A stretch of 64,000 bases of DNA from Octopus vulgaris (Eukaryota), in assembly GCA_951406725.2 (NCBI GenBank), contig OX597831.1, positions 63,674,001 to 63,738,000 of the forward strand, written 5' to 3'. Under the pieces are notes generated by a model. It was not told the origin of the DNA and did no database searches. It saw nothing but the letters and a program-made list of their open reading frames with translations. The translations under genes were made by a program, and so were the position numbers. Shown here in pieces: positions 1-11,715 of the stretch (positions are counted from its first letter, which is position 1; each line of letters opens with the position of its first letter).

Positions 1-584
1 TCGCAATGGTATACTTATTTCTTTTTTAAATGGTATGTTTGTTTTTTTAAGTGGAATGCATAGACAAAAATGAAGTACATTAGCAGAATACTCTGAATAT
101 AATGTCATGACAAACGGTTCTCTTTTTTTTTTTCCTCCCTTATTTATGTGCAGCGAAGTAAAAATAATGTTATATTTGAGCTACAGCGACTAAAACGTTA
201 TTTCAATCAGTAGACATTTTACTATGAATTGGTTTACTAAACACCAAATGACTGTAGTTCACAAGTTGAACTTTGTAGTTTAAAAAAAAATGTTCGCTTG
301 ACATTTTTCACAGTTGTTTTGAAAGACTGAAAAATATACATGACTTAGACTATATACCGAATGACATTTTTTTTTCAACAGCTAAAAGAATTTTTTTCCT
401 TCACACAAGATTTGATGTGAGTTGCTTGTAACATTAGCATTAGCATTATTGTTAGTGCACAACACGTCTGTGATATAAGCAGAAGCGGTTCGTATTTAGA
501 CACTACGAAACTGCAGCAGCCCCTATTTTCACTCAATATTATCAATAACATTCAATATAATGAGTCTTATTTTCTTTAATTCTT

Positions 585-1000
585 GGATCTTTTCGGTTTG
601 AACGGCAGTTTTTTAAAATAATTTCCACGTAACTAAACACTTTTAAACTTCGTATACTGGTAGAATGTGTTTATGAAACATCTTTTTCTCTTGGCTTTAT
701 TGAGAAAATTCTATAGTTTATAAGATATTTGTTGTTTTTTTCTTCAATTTCAACAATTCCAACCAATCACTGATGTCTATTAAGGTAAAAAAAAAAAAAT
801 TCTGTGCCGTATGAAAATGTCCCTCGTTTAAGTAACAGATTGGGTTTATTTACATTTGTGAAGAAAAAAAGACACCCTTCCTCCCACCCCTAACCCTAAA
901 ACAGATTGAAATGCAATAAATCGATACTAGGGTCATAATTATGGGTGACAATTTCATATGACACCGCTAGAAAAAACTGCCGTTCAAACTGAAAAGATCT
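585..1000 (-). mobile_element. MITE copy 1 (~30-bp TIRs, 8-bp TSD, internal telomeric repeats; Merlin- or hAT-like)
   Basis: TIR GGATCTTTTCGGTTTGAACGGCAGTTTTT ... AAAAACTGCCGTTCAAACTGAAAAGATCT; flanks TAATTCTT/GAATTCTT; internal CCCTAACCCTAA; three more copies in the window. Confidence 0.9.
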
Positions 1001-1099
1001 GAATTCTTTCTTTATACTTGCACAAATAATATAATCATTAAGCTTAATGTTAGTAGCCATCCCCTAGTTTATGAAAGAAATACAAAAACCCTTGTATAG

Positions 1100-1741
1100 A
1101 ACTGTGTTCTTCACAGTTCCAGACACGTGGTATTTAGCTGTTGTGCGCATGCTCATATGTCCGAGATAGGAAGCTTCACATTAGGGAGCGACAGCACTGT
1201 CGTGCACGCCGTGCCGGTGGAGGGCAGTGTTTCTTTTTGACTCCGCGTGTGTTGTGCTTAAAAACGTGTTTATATTCTTGAATGTGATAAAGTGAAGAAT
1301 TAGAGTATTATCCTGCTTCTAGCTTCAGTGTTGCTGCCAGGATTTGCAAAATTGGGCAGATTTTCTCCCCTTTATTTTGAGATTTAGGGGGGATTTTTGA
1401 AAAAAAAAAAGGACTCACGGCGGTGTTCAGTGAACAAATTAAATACACCACCCGGCAGTGGTTAAAACGCGAACCGATCAAGTTTATGTATAAATACACT
1501 TTTTATATACTCTCTCTTTACTCTTTTACTTATTTCAGTCATTTGACTGCGGCCATGCTGGAGCACCGCCTTTAATCGAGCAACTCGATCCCCGGACTTA
1601 TTCTTTGTAAGCCCAGTACTTATTCTATCGGTCTCCTTTGCCGAACCGCTAAGTTACGGGGACATAAACACACCAGCATCGGTTGTCAAGCAATGCTAGG
1701 GGAACAAGCACAGACACACAAACACACACACATACACATAC

Positions 1742-1803
<62 letters not shown>

Positions 1804-2085
1804 GGGCTTCTTTCAGTTTCCGTCTACCAAATCCACTCACAAGGCTTTGGTCGGCCCGAGGCTATAGTAGAAGACACTTGCCCAAGGTGCCATGCAGTGG
1901 GACTGAACCCACTGTTTGTTTCCTTTTACACAATATTAAAACAGCGGCTAAAATTTTTCTGACGCAGCACCCACCCACCACCATTAATCTTATCTATAAG
2001 CCGCCATTGAATTTAAGCATACTTAATCGTCTATCTGTTTTTGTTTTTTTTGTTTTTCACTGAGGTAGTTTTTGGTGACGTTCAC
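1100..2085. promoter_or_regulatory. Candidate CpG-retaining promoter/first-exon region, split by a SINE at 1510-1910
   Basis: Unique sequence locally richer in GC/CpG; E-box CACGTG 1124-1129, NRF1-like TGCGCATGCTCA 1144-1155, YY1-like GCCGCCATT 2000-2008; minus-strand donor GTGAGT at 1413-1418. Motif-level evidence only. Confidence 0.35.
1510..1910 (-). mobile_element. SINE family A (tRNA-derived, CORE-like CCTTGGGCAAGT motif, internal (TA)n/(CA)n), 5' truncated
   Basis: Matches about 11 other copies in the window; 3' tail GGCGGTGCTCCAGCATGGCCGCAGTCAAATGACTGAAA-(TAAAAGAG)n on the minus strand. Confidence 0.9.
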
Positions 2086-2129
2086 AAACATACACATACA
2101 TTCATTATATGTATGTGCCTACATACATA

Positions 2130-2360
2130 TATTTCTTTACTACCCACAAGGGGCTAAACACAGAGGGGACAAACGAGGACAGACAAACGGATTAAGTCGA
2201 TTACATCGACCCCAGTGCGTAACTGGTATTTAATTTATCGACCCCGAAAGGATGAAAGGCAAAGTCGACCTCGGCGGAATTTGAACTCGGAACGTATCGA
2301 CAGACGAAATACGGCTACGCATTTCGCCCGGCGTGCTAACGTTTCTGCCAGCTCGCCGCC
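2130..2360 (-). mobile_element. SINE family B (tRNA-like head, Meta-domain-like core GCCTTTCATCCTTTCGGGGTCGATAAA)
   Basis: Near-identical to copies at 2497, 7253, 17157, 38048, 43851. Confidence 0.9.
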
Positions 2361-2496
2361 CTTTGTGCCCACATTCTTACGCGACGGAATTCTGCACAAC
2401 TTTTCAATTTTAATTTTAATTTTGGGACTTACATATGATTTTCTTTCTTGAAGGCTTCTGCCCAGGTGCGTTAAAATTGAACTGTTATAATTGTTG

Positions 2497-2717
2497 GGCA
2501 GAAACTTTAGCACGCCCGGCGAAATGCGTAGCCGTATTTCGTCTGCCGCTACGTTCTGAGTTCAAATTCCGCCGAGGTTGACTTTGCCTTTCATCCTTTC
2601 GGGGTCGATAAATTAAGTACCAGTTACCCACTGGGGTCGATATAATCGACTTGATCCGTTTTTCTGTCCTTGTTAGTCCTCTCTGTGTTTAGCTCCTTGT
2701 GGGTAGTAAAGAAATAG
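2497..2717 (+). mobile_element. SINE family B, inverted relative to 2130-2360
   Basis: GGCAGAAACTTTAGCACGCCCGGCGAAATG...GTGGGTAGTAAAGAAATA. Confidence 0.9.
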
Positions 2718-2799
2718 ATTTATAGTTGATTTGTTGCCGTTCTTACAGAACACACAGCTTATGCAGCAAGCTCGTGTTTTTTTGTTTATTTCTTCTCCT

Positions 2800-3500
2800 G
2801 CGCGGGATGGAAGCAGGGATGCCCTAATATAGGCGAAGAAGAAAGGACTGGAAGCTACACGTCAGTAGCAGGACAGCAGAATATGACTGTTCCTCAGTTG
2901 GAAATGAGAGAGGTGGTTATCCCACTTGAGAAATTGCATGAATGTATGGAATATGCGAAAAGGAGGGAGCAAAAGTGAAGTTGACCACTCCGGAAGATTT
3001 AATTGCAGAAGCAAAGAGAAAGACTATTATCTACAGGACTCTATACCTGCCTGGAAAGAAGACAGAAATGGCTCCGGAGGATGCCATTGAGAAGTGTTTG
3101 AACAACATTAGAAAAAACATTTCATACTACTCACGAGGAAGGAAATATGGTACAGTGAAGGTAAGATTTGCCTTCGTAGAAATGGCAGTAAAGCACTCCA
3201 CTGTACCAATAAGAACCAAGGAATGGCTGCCCCTGCCAACCTACCTGGGGAAAAGAGCCTCTAGAGTAAGGATTAGCAGGATTCCGCCGGAAATGAGAGA
3301 GGAGTGGATAGCAGTAGCCGTCCTCTCAGGAACCAAAGAAAATCCATAATCGTACAGGCAACCAGAACATAGCAGCTGAAATGCTGGGGGTACGGACTAG
3401 AATTAATTGTCCAGGCAACACAAGCTGACTTAATTGTGGTGTCCGAAGTGATAGAGTTACCCGACAAAAAAAAATTAAGAGATCGAACCCAAAATGACAT
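2800..3500 (+). mobile_element. Decayed L1/Tx1-like non-LTR retrotransposon ORF1 fragment
   Basis: Purine-rich 135-aa ORF 2942-3349 (...LPTYLGKRASRVRISRIPPEMREEWIAVAVL) resembling Tx1-type ORF1 RRM regions; disrupted downstream; assignment by recall. Confidence 0.5.
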
Positions 3501-3690
3501 GACTGCAAAGCAAACATTTTAACCACTTTATGATTGTGCCTATATATAATACTTAATTATTTATCATTAAATTAACTAGAAGTATTGTAAATACCTTCTA
3601 ACGTGGTCCAGTACTTAAAGCCTCAACGCAATGATCTATAACTGTTATGTTCTATTGCTAACACCAGCATCATAGTTTGCCCTTAACTGA

Positions 3691-4005
3691 CACTCCGTCG
3701 ATTACGACGACGAGGTTACCAGTTGATCCGATCAAGAGAACTGCCTGCACGTGAAATTAACCTGCAAGTGGCTGAGCACTCCACAGATATGCGTACGCTT
3801 CATGTCGTTCTTAGGTAAATTCAGCGTGACACAGAATGTGACAAGGCTGACGCTCTGAATTACAAGTACTACCATTTTTGTCAGCTGAGTGGAATAAAGT
3901 GAAATAAAGTGTCTTGGTCAAAGAAAACGACGTGCCGCCAGGAATAGAACGCACGACCGTACGATCGTGAGCTGAATGTCCTAACCATTGAACCACGCGC
4001 CTTCC
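3691..4005 (-). mobile_element. SINE family C, tail type 3 (older copy)
   Basis: tRNA-like head at 3930-4005; tail CTGTGGAGTGCTCAGCCACTTGCAGGTTAATTTCACG shared with 31670-32054. Confidence 0.85.
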
Positions 4006-5063
4006 CTGGTTCATGACATTTCATTTTAATGGCTTGAGGTAAAGTAGCTGCAGATTGATAGCATTCTACTTCCATAGCTATAAAATGTTATTTCCTACAA
4101 TGCACACACAAAACTTAAATTAACAATTACACCCTGAAGCGTTACGTGAGCTAATACTGAGCCAACTATCAGCTACTAAAGCAGCCAAATTTTCCTCTAA
4201 TCATAGACTGCTGTCATGATCTTGACGGAAATGCTTATGATTCAGTCCAATTCGGCGCTAGACAACAACAACTTCCTCTGAGGAAAATATAGACTAAAAA
4301 ATATGAAAGAAATACCTATTCTAAAAACTTCCGTGAAATAAGGTAATTTATAGAACAAATAAAGAGATTCTCGGATAATTTTTCGCCATAAAAATATTTG
4401 TCTTGTATTTCTAGGTCAGTCAGCTTCAGTAATCAAATATACTGCGTGACAATTGTAATCACATTCAATAAATCCAGGTTTTTTTGTTTTTGTTTTATTA
4501 AGATGTCACATTCTTTTCAATAAAATCTGCTGAGCTAGTTTCTCAGGTTAAACTAGATCGTGTTATAAATTATTAGTTCAAATTAGACTACTCCAACAGA
4601 AATGTTTCTTCAGAAAACAATCTAAAACCAGTTTGCCATATTATTCAGTTATATTTGACTTTTATGTCAAATTTTAAGTTTAGACACTTTGCTTTGTTTC
4701 TTCTTTGTTTTTTGGGGTTTTTTATACCTTTGTTTTCCGGTACTGACCTAAATGATAATTTCACTTTCTCGGAAGAAGCAGCTTATCTACAGTCGAAATC
4801 TAAAACATAACTTAGCTATATAGACTTATCTCATTCAACAACCGACACAAAATCAGAAACCTGTATGTATAAACCTAGACACTTTTTTCCCCCGCAGGTG
4901 AGTGAATTTGACCACCTGAAATTTTTGAGAAATGCCAGTAGAACAAGTGGCAATGAATAAATTTTCAGCGTATTAAGAATACAAGTGTGCTAGCTTGTTT
5001 CATGCGAGTCTTGTGTCAGGCAATCAACAGAGAAGCAAGAAAGGTACAACAATGGACTGCTTT

Positions 5064-5690
5064 AAGGCGAGCTGGTAGAATCATTAGCATGCCGGGCAAC
5101 ATGCTTAACAGCATTTCGTCCGTCTCTGTGTTCTGAATTCAAATTCGGATCTTTTCGGTTTGAACGGCAGTTTTTTAAAATAATTTCCACGTAACTAAAC
5201 ACATTTAAACTTCGTATACTGGTAGAATGTGTTTATAAAACATCTTTTTCTCTTGGCTTTATTGAGAAAATTCTGTTGTTTGTAAGATATTTGTTGTTGT
5301 TTTTTTCTTCAATTTCTGCAATTTCAACCAATCAATGACGTCTATTGAGGTGAAAACATTCTGTGCCGTATGAATATGTCCCTCGTTTAAGAAACAGATT
5401 GGGTTTATTTACATTTCTGAAGAAAAAAAGATACCCTTCGCCCCTAACCCTAACCCTAAAACAGATTGAAATGCAATAGATCAATACTAGGGTCATAATT
5501 ATGGGTGACAATTTCATATGACACCGCTAGAAAAAACTGCCGGTCAAACTGAAAAGATCCTCAAATTCCGCCGTGGTTAACGTTACTTTTCATCCTTTCG
5601 AAGGTCGATAGTTGAGTACTGAGGTCGATTTAATCGACTTACCCACTCTCCCAAAATTGTTGACCTTGTGCAGAAATTTGAAACCAATAT
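5064..5690 (+). mobile_element. SINE family B (older), interrupted by MITE copy 2
   Basis: Head 5064-5146 resumes after the MITE (TCAAATTC-CGCCGTGG...CATCCTTTCG). Confidence 0.85.
5147..5560 (-). mobile_element. MITE copy 2
   Basis: TIRs GGATCTTTTCGG.../...GAAAAGATCC; perfect 8-bp TSD TCAAATTC (5139-5146, 5561-5568); (CCCTAA)3. Confidence 0.95.
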
Positions 5691-5949
5691 TAAGCTCTTT
5701 TAATATTCTTTGTTAGAATATCACCCAGGGTAGAGGAGATGAACACCTGGGTCCATTCAATTTACAATATATTTCTTTCCTACAACCAAGTGATATCGTG
5801 ACAATGTAGAGAATCATTACATCTAGATGTAGAAAGACTGATTTGTGCCTTTGCTCTTTTCACTGTACAAATATCGTGTTCCGAAGAAGGGCCAAACCTC
5901 TGTATCATATTGTACATAAGTAAAATTTCTGAACGACTGGATTTCAGTC

Positions 5950-6420
5950 ATTCCTCTGATCAATCAAGGTTTTTCTGGCTCTCTTGGATTAATGTAAACT
6001 CTGTTTTAGTTCCATGAAACATTTGCTCGTCACTTACCAGACCAGGTGAGAACAGCTTGGGATTTGTTCAAAATTCATGAACGCGAGGAGCTCCAAGATT
6101 GTTCAAGTACAAACAAAACACAGGAATTTTTTTCACCTACCGACATCTTCTACTCGACTGTCTTTATGGTGATGGTCTTCATATTAATATGAAGGAAACT
6201 AGGAAAATATCGATTACCATAGACTTAATTATCATGCAGTTGCACATCATCGCTGTCAAATCTCAATACTTGTTTATTTACTCTAGCTAACTCAAGCGCG
6301 CATGAATCTAAGAATTCTCACCATCATCGATAACCCAAACAACAAAATTATCGACATTAAATGCTTTTATTATTGGAACTCCACATGTCTCAAATAGCTG
6401 CTGAGGTATTGCACTAAAGA
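5950..6420 (+). mobile_element. Possible very decayed CR1/L2-type LINE ORF1-ORF2 junction
   Basis: LYGDGLHIN (SGNH-esterase-like DGxH motif) followed by LRILTI...NKI, reminiscent of an AP-endonuclease start; heavily disrupted. Confidence 0.3.
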
Positions 6421-7252
6421 TAAGTAATCCGATATACCGTGATCAATTATTAGTCTCTGACCCTTTACTGCATTCATACGTCAGGTGATAAACATTTTAG
6501 TTGAAATGAACAGCAGATCAACACCGAAATATACACTTCTACAAAATGCACTAAAATTTTTATTGTCGCCAAAAAAATTATATCTTACTAGATTTGTCTT
6601 TGCTTCGTAATAATTCAAACTATATTTGTATCATCAGATTCTCATTATAAGATAGTAAATTTCCTCAGTTACATGATCATGGACTGTGAATTTAATTGTA
6701 GAAAGGAAAATACGGCATTGTTCCTACTGATAGCTTTGTCTGTAGTATTTACTTACAGGGTTTCATAATGCTCTCACTCAACGTGAAAAGTTACTGATAA
6801 AGAAGAGTTTAATTTTAACATAGATTCTAATCTACATTCTGAATGAAAAATATTGATTTAAAATCATTCAATAGTTTAAGAAAATAGTTGATACATAACA
6901 GAATGCTAATTAACAAGAAATGGAACTGACTATTTTTGATAATGATGCTGCTATAGTTTTCAGTGGTATAATCACTGGTTCACTGCTTTTCCGATGGTGA
7001 GAGTAACAATAGTTGTCTATGTACTTGGCATTTGAAAGTATGTATTTCGTTGTCGATATGGCTCTAGTGATAGTCATCAGAAACTTGTTCCAATTTCTGA
7101 CAGTTCAATGCAAGAAACTTCCAACCAGAATGTGGGTCTTTCCTGTTATGTCAATAGCATTGCTTTGAGGTCTAGTGATCTGGGGTTTGTATGCAATCAG
7201 CCTAAGAGCTTCTATTGGACTACAGTGAGTTTGTTGAAGTCATATACTTTGT

Positions 7253-7652
7253 AAGGCGGTGAGCTGGCAGAAACGTTAGCAAGCTGAGCAAATGCTTAGC
7301 GGTATTTCGTCTGCCGCTACGTTCTGAGTTCAAATTTCGCCGAGGTCAACTTTGCCTTTCGTCCTTTCGGGGTCGATTAAATAAGTACCAGTTACGCACT
7401 GGAGTCGATATAATCGACTTAATCCGTTTGTCTGTCCTTGTTTGTCCTCTCTGTGTTTAGCCCCTTGTGGGTAGTAAAGAAATAGGTATTTCATCTGCTG
7501 CTACGTTCTGAGTTAAAATTCCGCCGAGGTCGACTTAGCCTTTCATCCTTTCGGGGTCGATGAATTAAACACCAGTTACGCACTGGGGTCGATCTAATCG
7601 ACTGGCCCCCTCCCCCAAAATTTGGAGCCTTGTGCCTAGAGTAGAGAAAAAT
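7253..7652 (+). mobile_element. SINE family B, internally duplicated (dimeric) form
   Basis: Body restarts at ~7486 after AAAGAAATAG with GTATTTCATCTGCTGCTACG. Confidence 0.9.
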
Positions 7653-8286
7653 ATGTACATTTTGTCAGCCATTCATTAGTTAATAATGTGTGAATAGTGT
7701 TGTTGCATTCTTCAGAAATACTTACAGAGAGAAATATATCTTAATATTTGGTTCTGGGAATAAATTTTAAAGATAGCTTTTTAAACTAAAGAAAAAAAAT
7801 CTTTTTTGGCTTTTATATTGCTATTCGTTATTTTCAGCAGAAGTCAAAGAGCAAGAATTTAATAGCTTTCCCAGGTCATAAGCCAATTATTATTTCATTG
7901 GCAAAGGTATCGGATGATTGGTTTTCTCACCTAAGCCAACACCTCGCACATATATAAAGCTATCATTTATATTACGAGAGAAGAAAATGTTTTGTAATGA
8001 TGGGCTTTTCAAAAACCTTTACAGATGCCACGTTTTGAATTATTTTGAGCTCTGCGTTATACTCAGTTCAATATACCAACTCAAAGATAGTTGTAAGCAA
8101 TGAATTCGAAACTCACAGTTGGTGGAGTAGCCACAAGATCTATTGAAGCTGAGGATTGTTCATCCACTGCTTTGTGAGCGGTTGTTGCGAACCCTTTAAC
8201 ACTCACTCATGAAAAGTAACATCATTTCATTATAAGGGCTAGAATGTTTGAAATTATTTGAATATAGAACTACTTCTCTCTGCTCC

Positions 8287-8558
8287 TGTTTGTTTGTTGA
8301 GCGAAGCGGTCTTCGTGGGAGAATTCCGAAACGTGGTCCTTTGCTATTCGTAAGACCCGCAGAAGAGAAAGCAGGTCAACCCCCGACACCGAGAGCATCG
8401 ACGAATGGATGAATGCGCATCCAGGCTCAGCGGTTGCGTAGGAAGTCGGGGACAAGAAACAGGAAGAAAGAGTGAGAGAAAGTTGGAGCGAAAGAGTACA
8501 ACAGGGGTCGCCACCACCTGCTGCCGGAGCCTCGTGGAGCTGTAGGTATTCTTTGCTC
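8287..8558 (-). mobile_element. SINE family C, tail type 1, 5' truncated
   Basis: Matches 24288-24645 and 45647-46029; ends in (AAAC)n. Confidence 0.9.
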
Positions 8559-9747
8559 CTGTACATGTTCGAGTTAAGCTTCAGAACCATTAGATCAATG
8601 GAGGAGATATTTTATAATTCAACAGCTAACAATCACTCGTAGTTCTCAACCTAAGTATTCAAGTACTTGAATGCTAATTCTGAATATTCTCACATATTAG
8701 TGAATAATAAAATATTTTGTGTCAACTAAAAATAGTTTTCATCCAGAAAAATTTATATTTGTAGTGAATATTTGATAATGAAACTTGTCAAAACTAGTCA
8801 TGATCTTCTGTGATAAAAATGGTTTTAGAGAATTCTAATTTGAATCGTAAATTTTTTTGTTAATTTCAATTTCAAAAGCCAAAACTTACCAAACAGTTTT
8901 AAATTTGAATGGTTCATTTACTACCTTAAATTTTATTATTTTTATTTTTGCTTCAATCTCATGAATCAGTCTCAGTTAAATTTTCCCTTCCCACAAAATT
9001 TCTGATCTTGTGCCGATGTAAAAAAAAAAATCTTTCCTTCTACAAGCTTCCTGTACAAATGGCTGCTAGTTGGCAAGTGAATTATTATAAGCTACATTTT
9101 GTGGAATGCCTTGTGAGATTAACATCGTTAACGTAATGCGTTGATAGGATATATATTTTATGCTAAGTTGCACCTGGAACATTTAAAGAACTTTAGTTCG
9201 GTCTTTGATCTAAACTTCTATGAAACTAAGAGAGAAAGACTTAAAAGAGAATCTCATTCAGATTGTTTTACCTAGGGAATATTCTACTTAAAACTTAATT
9301 ACAAACCTATTTATAAAGATTTTTTTCTGTTCTGCTGATTTTCTTCTTTTCCATTCTTTTTAAAAGAATATTTTATCTTTATTTTTCAATGTTCTTTTTT
9401 TTTAATTCTAAAAAACATAATTATTGACCCAACTAAAAGTTTTTTCCACACATCAAGAATAATATAATTTCATTATATTAGTTTAAACGTTTGCGACTGT
9501 TTGAATATAGAAGACCTACTCTAGTAAATCAATGTCACTTGTTATCATAACACTTGTAAATGTACAACAAAAATAATCAATTAATTCCAAAACTCCACTG
9601 AAAGTCTACCTGCTTTATTTAGTAAATTGCAGGCATTTCAGCATTGACTATTTTTGTTTACCATTAACTTGTCACATGAGAATTATTTTATAAATTAAAC
9701 TTTCCTGAATAGTTGTTACATACATATCACTATTCAAAAGTATATTT

Positions 9748-9911
9748 TTATTTTACATTTTCCTGCTTGACATATCTGTTATCTGGCAACATAGTTGTAC
9801 ACTTGATATGCTCAACTATTGACAACACGGTGCTCTTGGCTAACCTGTATAGCCATTTGTGCTTCATTCCTGCTTGTTCACAATTCATTTTTATCGGAAT
9901 AAAGGTTCCAG
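9748..9911 (-). CDS. Candidate terminal coding exon of a putative small secreted protein
   Basis: Acceptor gatttgtttttacAG at 9912-9913; only the phase-1 frame is open: (T)GTFIPIKMNCEQAGMKHKWLYRLAKSTVLSIVEHIKCTTMLPDNRYVKQENVK*. Confidence 0.3.
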
Positions 9912-10899
9912 CTGTAAAAACAAATCAAACAATATATATGCCCATATTTTTAGAATCAGCAGTTCATCCCACCCATTACAGCAAAGAAAGTTGAATGAAA
10001 TATTATATAAAATATAAATCGTTTGTGGTTAAGAGGGCATTTCAATCTCCAGCAGCAATCATTTTATTGTAAGAGATACAGTAGAAGAAATGCTTTGTTC
10101 ATGAGTATAAAATATAACAACCCTGTAAGCTGTTCCTAGTGAAAAAATATTCTTGCTCAATTGCTAGCTATGCAAGATCCTTTCCTCACTAATTCTAACT
10201 TAAACATAATTTCAGAAAATTTAGCTTTCTGAAGCTTTTGTCTGCATTGTTCTAAAAACTTATCTAATTCATATATGTGTGTTACTTTAATTATAATAAA
10301 TTGATAATTTCCTCGTTATAAAGAAATCAGATTGATTTGTTGCCAAAATATGAAGATCTTTCAAGGTATTTGCATGTCTGAAAGAAATAAATTTTCATCG
10401 TAACATGGAAGAATGGATGTAAAATTTCGACATTGATCATGTTAACAGCATCTGATGATTTGTAGATTTATGGTTGATTTATGTGTTTTGGTCTGCTATT
10501 TTTCATTGCAAATGGTTACTGTCAATATCTTAAACACTTTGATGTATTAACATTTTGCTGGTTTACGTATTTGGTTTCAGTTTCTCAATAATTTGTGGCT
10601 TTTATCAATGACTATCTTTATTCTCATCAATAACTACAGCAGTAAAGTAAGCTATCTCTCCTGTTATTGACCCATCACACTATATATATAAGCTGCTACT
10701 TTCCCTATATATCTACAGGCAGAGAATATGGATAACAAGAAATCTCTGTTGTTGAAACATCATTTTATAGGGTTGCTGGATTTCCAACGTGCTTTATTGC
10801 AGAGCAAATGAAATGGAAGGAATCCAATACTGCTGACACATCATTCCATAGCTGTGATTCCAAAATTCTTCTTGCAGTTCACCTATTATCTCCATCCAG

Positions 10900-11715
10900 T
10901 TCTACCTTGTTGCTGCATCTCTGTCTAATAACCCCTCCATCGCTGCATCACGCAATACTATTGAAACTAATAAAACAAGTAATTTAAAGAGAGTGACAAT
11001 AAACACAAATGCACCTGTCTCCTCACTTTCACTATTTTCTACTAATATTACTTCAACACTTTGGAAGTAGTTAGCTGCAACAGATCCCTAATACACCTCT
11101 ACTAAACCCTGATAATGTGTTTCAAACCTATCAGACCCTGAGCTAATTATTATAACCAATCTTTCAGATTTTTTCTTTTTGAACGGCAGTTTTTTCTAAC
11201 GGTGTCATATGAAATTGTCACCCATAATTATGACCCTAGTATCGATCTATTGCATTTCAATCTGTTTTAGGGTTAGGGTTAGTTAGGGTTAGGGTTAGGG
11301 GTGGGGGAAGGGTATCTTTTTTTCTTCAGAAATGTAAATAAACCCAATCTGTTTCTTAAACGAGGGACATATTCATACGGCACAGAATGTTTTCACCTCA
11401 ATAGACGGTCATTGATTGGTTGAAATTGCAGGAATTGAAGAAAAAAACAACAAATATCTTACAAACTATAGAATTTTCTCAACAAAGCCAAGAGAAAAAG
11501 ATGTTTTATAAACACATTCTACCAGTATACGAAGTTTAGAATTTTTTAGTTACCTAGAAATTATGTTAAAAACTGTCGTTCAAACCGAAAATATCCAATC
11601 TTTCTTTCCCAGAATGTCAACCATCTGGAATTTGCTCCCACCTAATTTTTTTTTCTGCAGCCATTGATTTACTGGTGTTTAAACTAAAAATCAACCATAC
11701 CAGTTTTTCATGAAG
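10900..11715 (+). mobile_element. CR1/L2-group LINE 3' remnant interrupted by MITE copy 3
   Basis: Removing the MITE and one TSD restores YNQSFFPRMSTIWNLLPPN, matching the SFFPR..WN.LP C-terminal RT motif; left boundary approximate. Confidence 0.7.
11166..11596 (+). mobile_element. MITE copy 3
   Basis: Degenerate left TIR, right ...GTTCAAACCGAAAATATCC; perfect TSD AATCTTTC (11158-11165, 11597-11604); TTAGGG array at ~11267-11300. Confidence 0.93.

Noticed and set aside
4765-4810. Hammerhead-like CGGAAGA...GAAATCTA
   Set aside because: No convincing stem I or stem II pairing
6440-6500. Minus-strand VYHL...YIG resembling a GIY-YIG endonuclease
   Set aside because: Very short, interrupted by a stop, with no supporting downstream motifs
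6757-6838. Minus-strand exon with good acceptor and GTAAGT donor
   Set aside because: Stops in all three frames; could be non-coding but cannot be supported as CDS
11267-11312. Telomere or chromosome-fusion scar
   Set aside because: The TTAGGG tracts are short and always internal to the MITE, bounded by TIRs and TSDs
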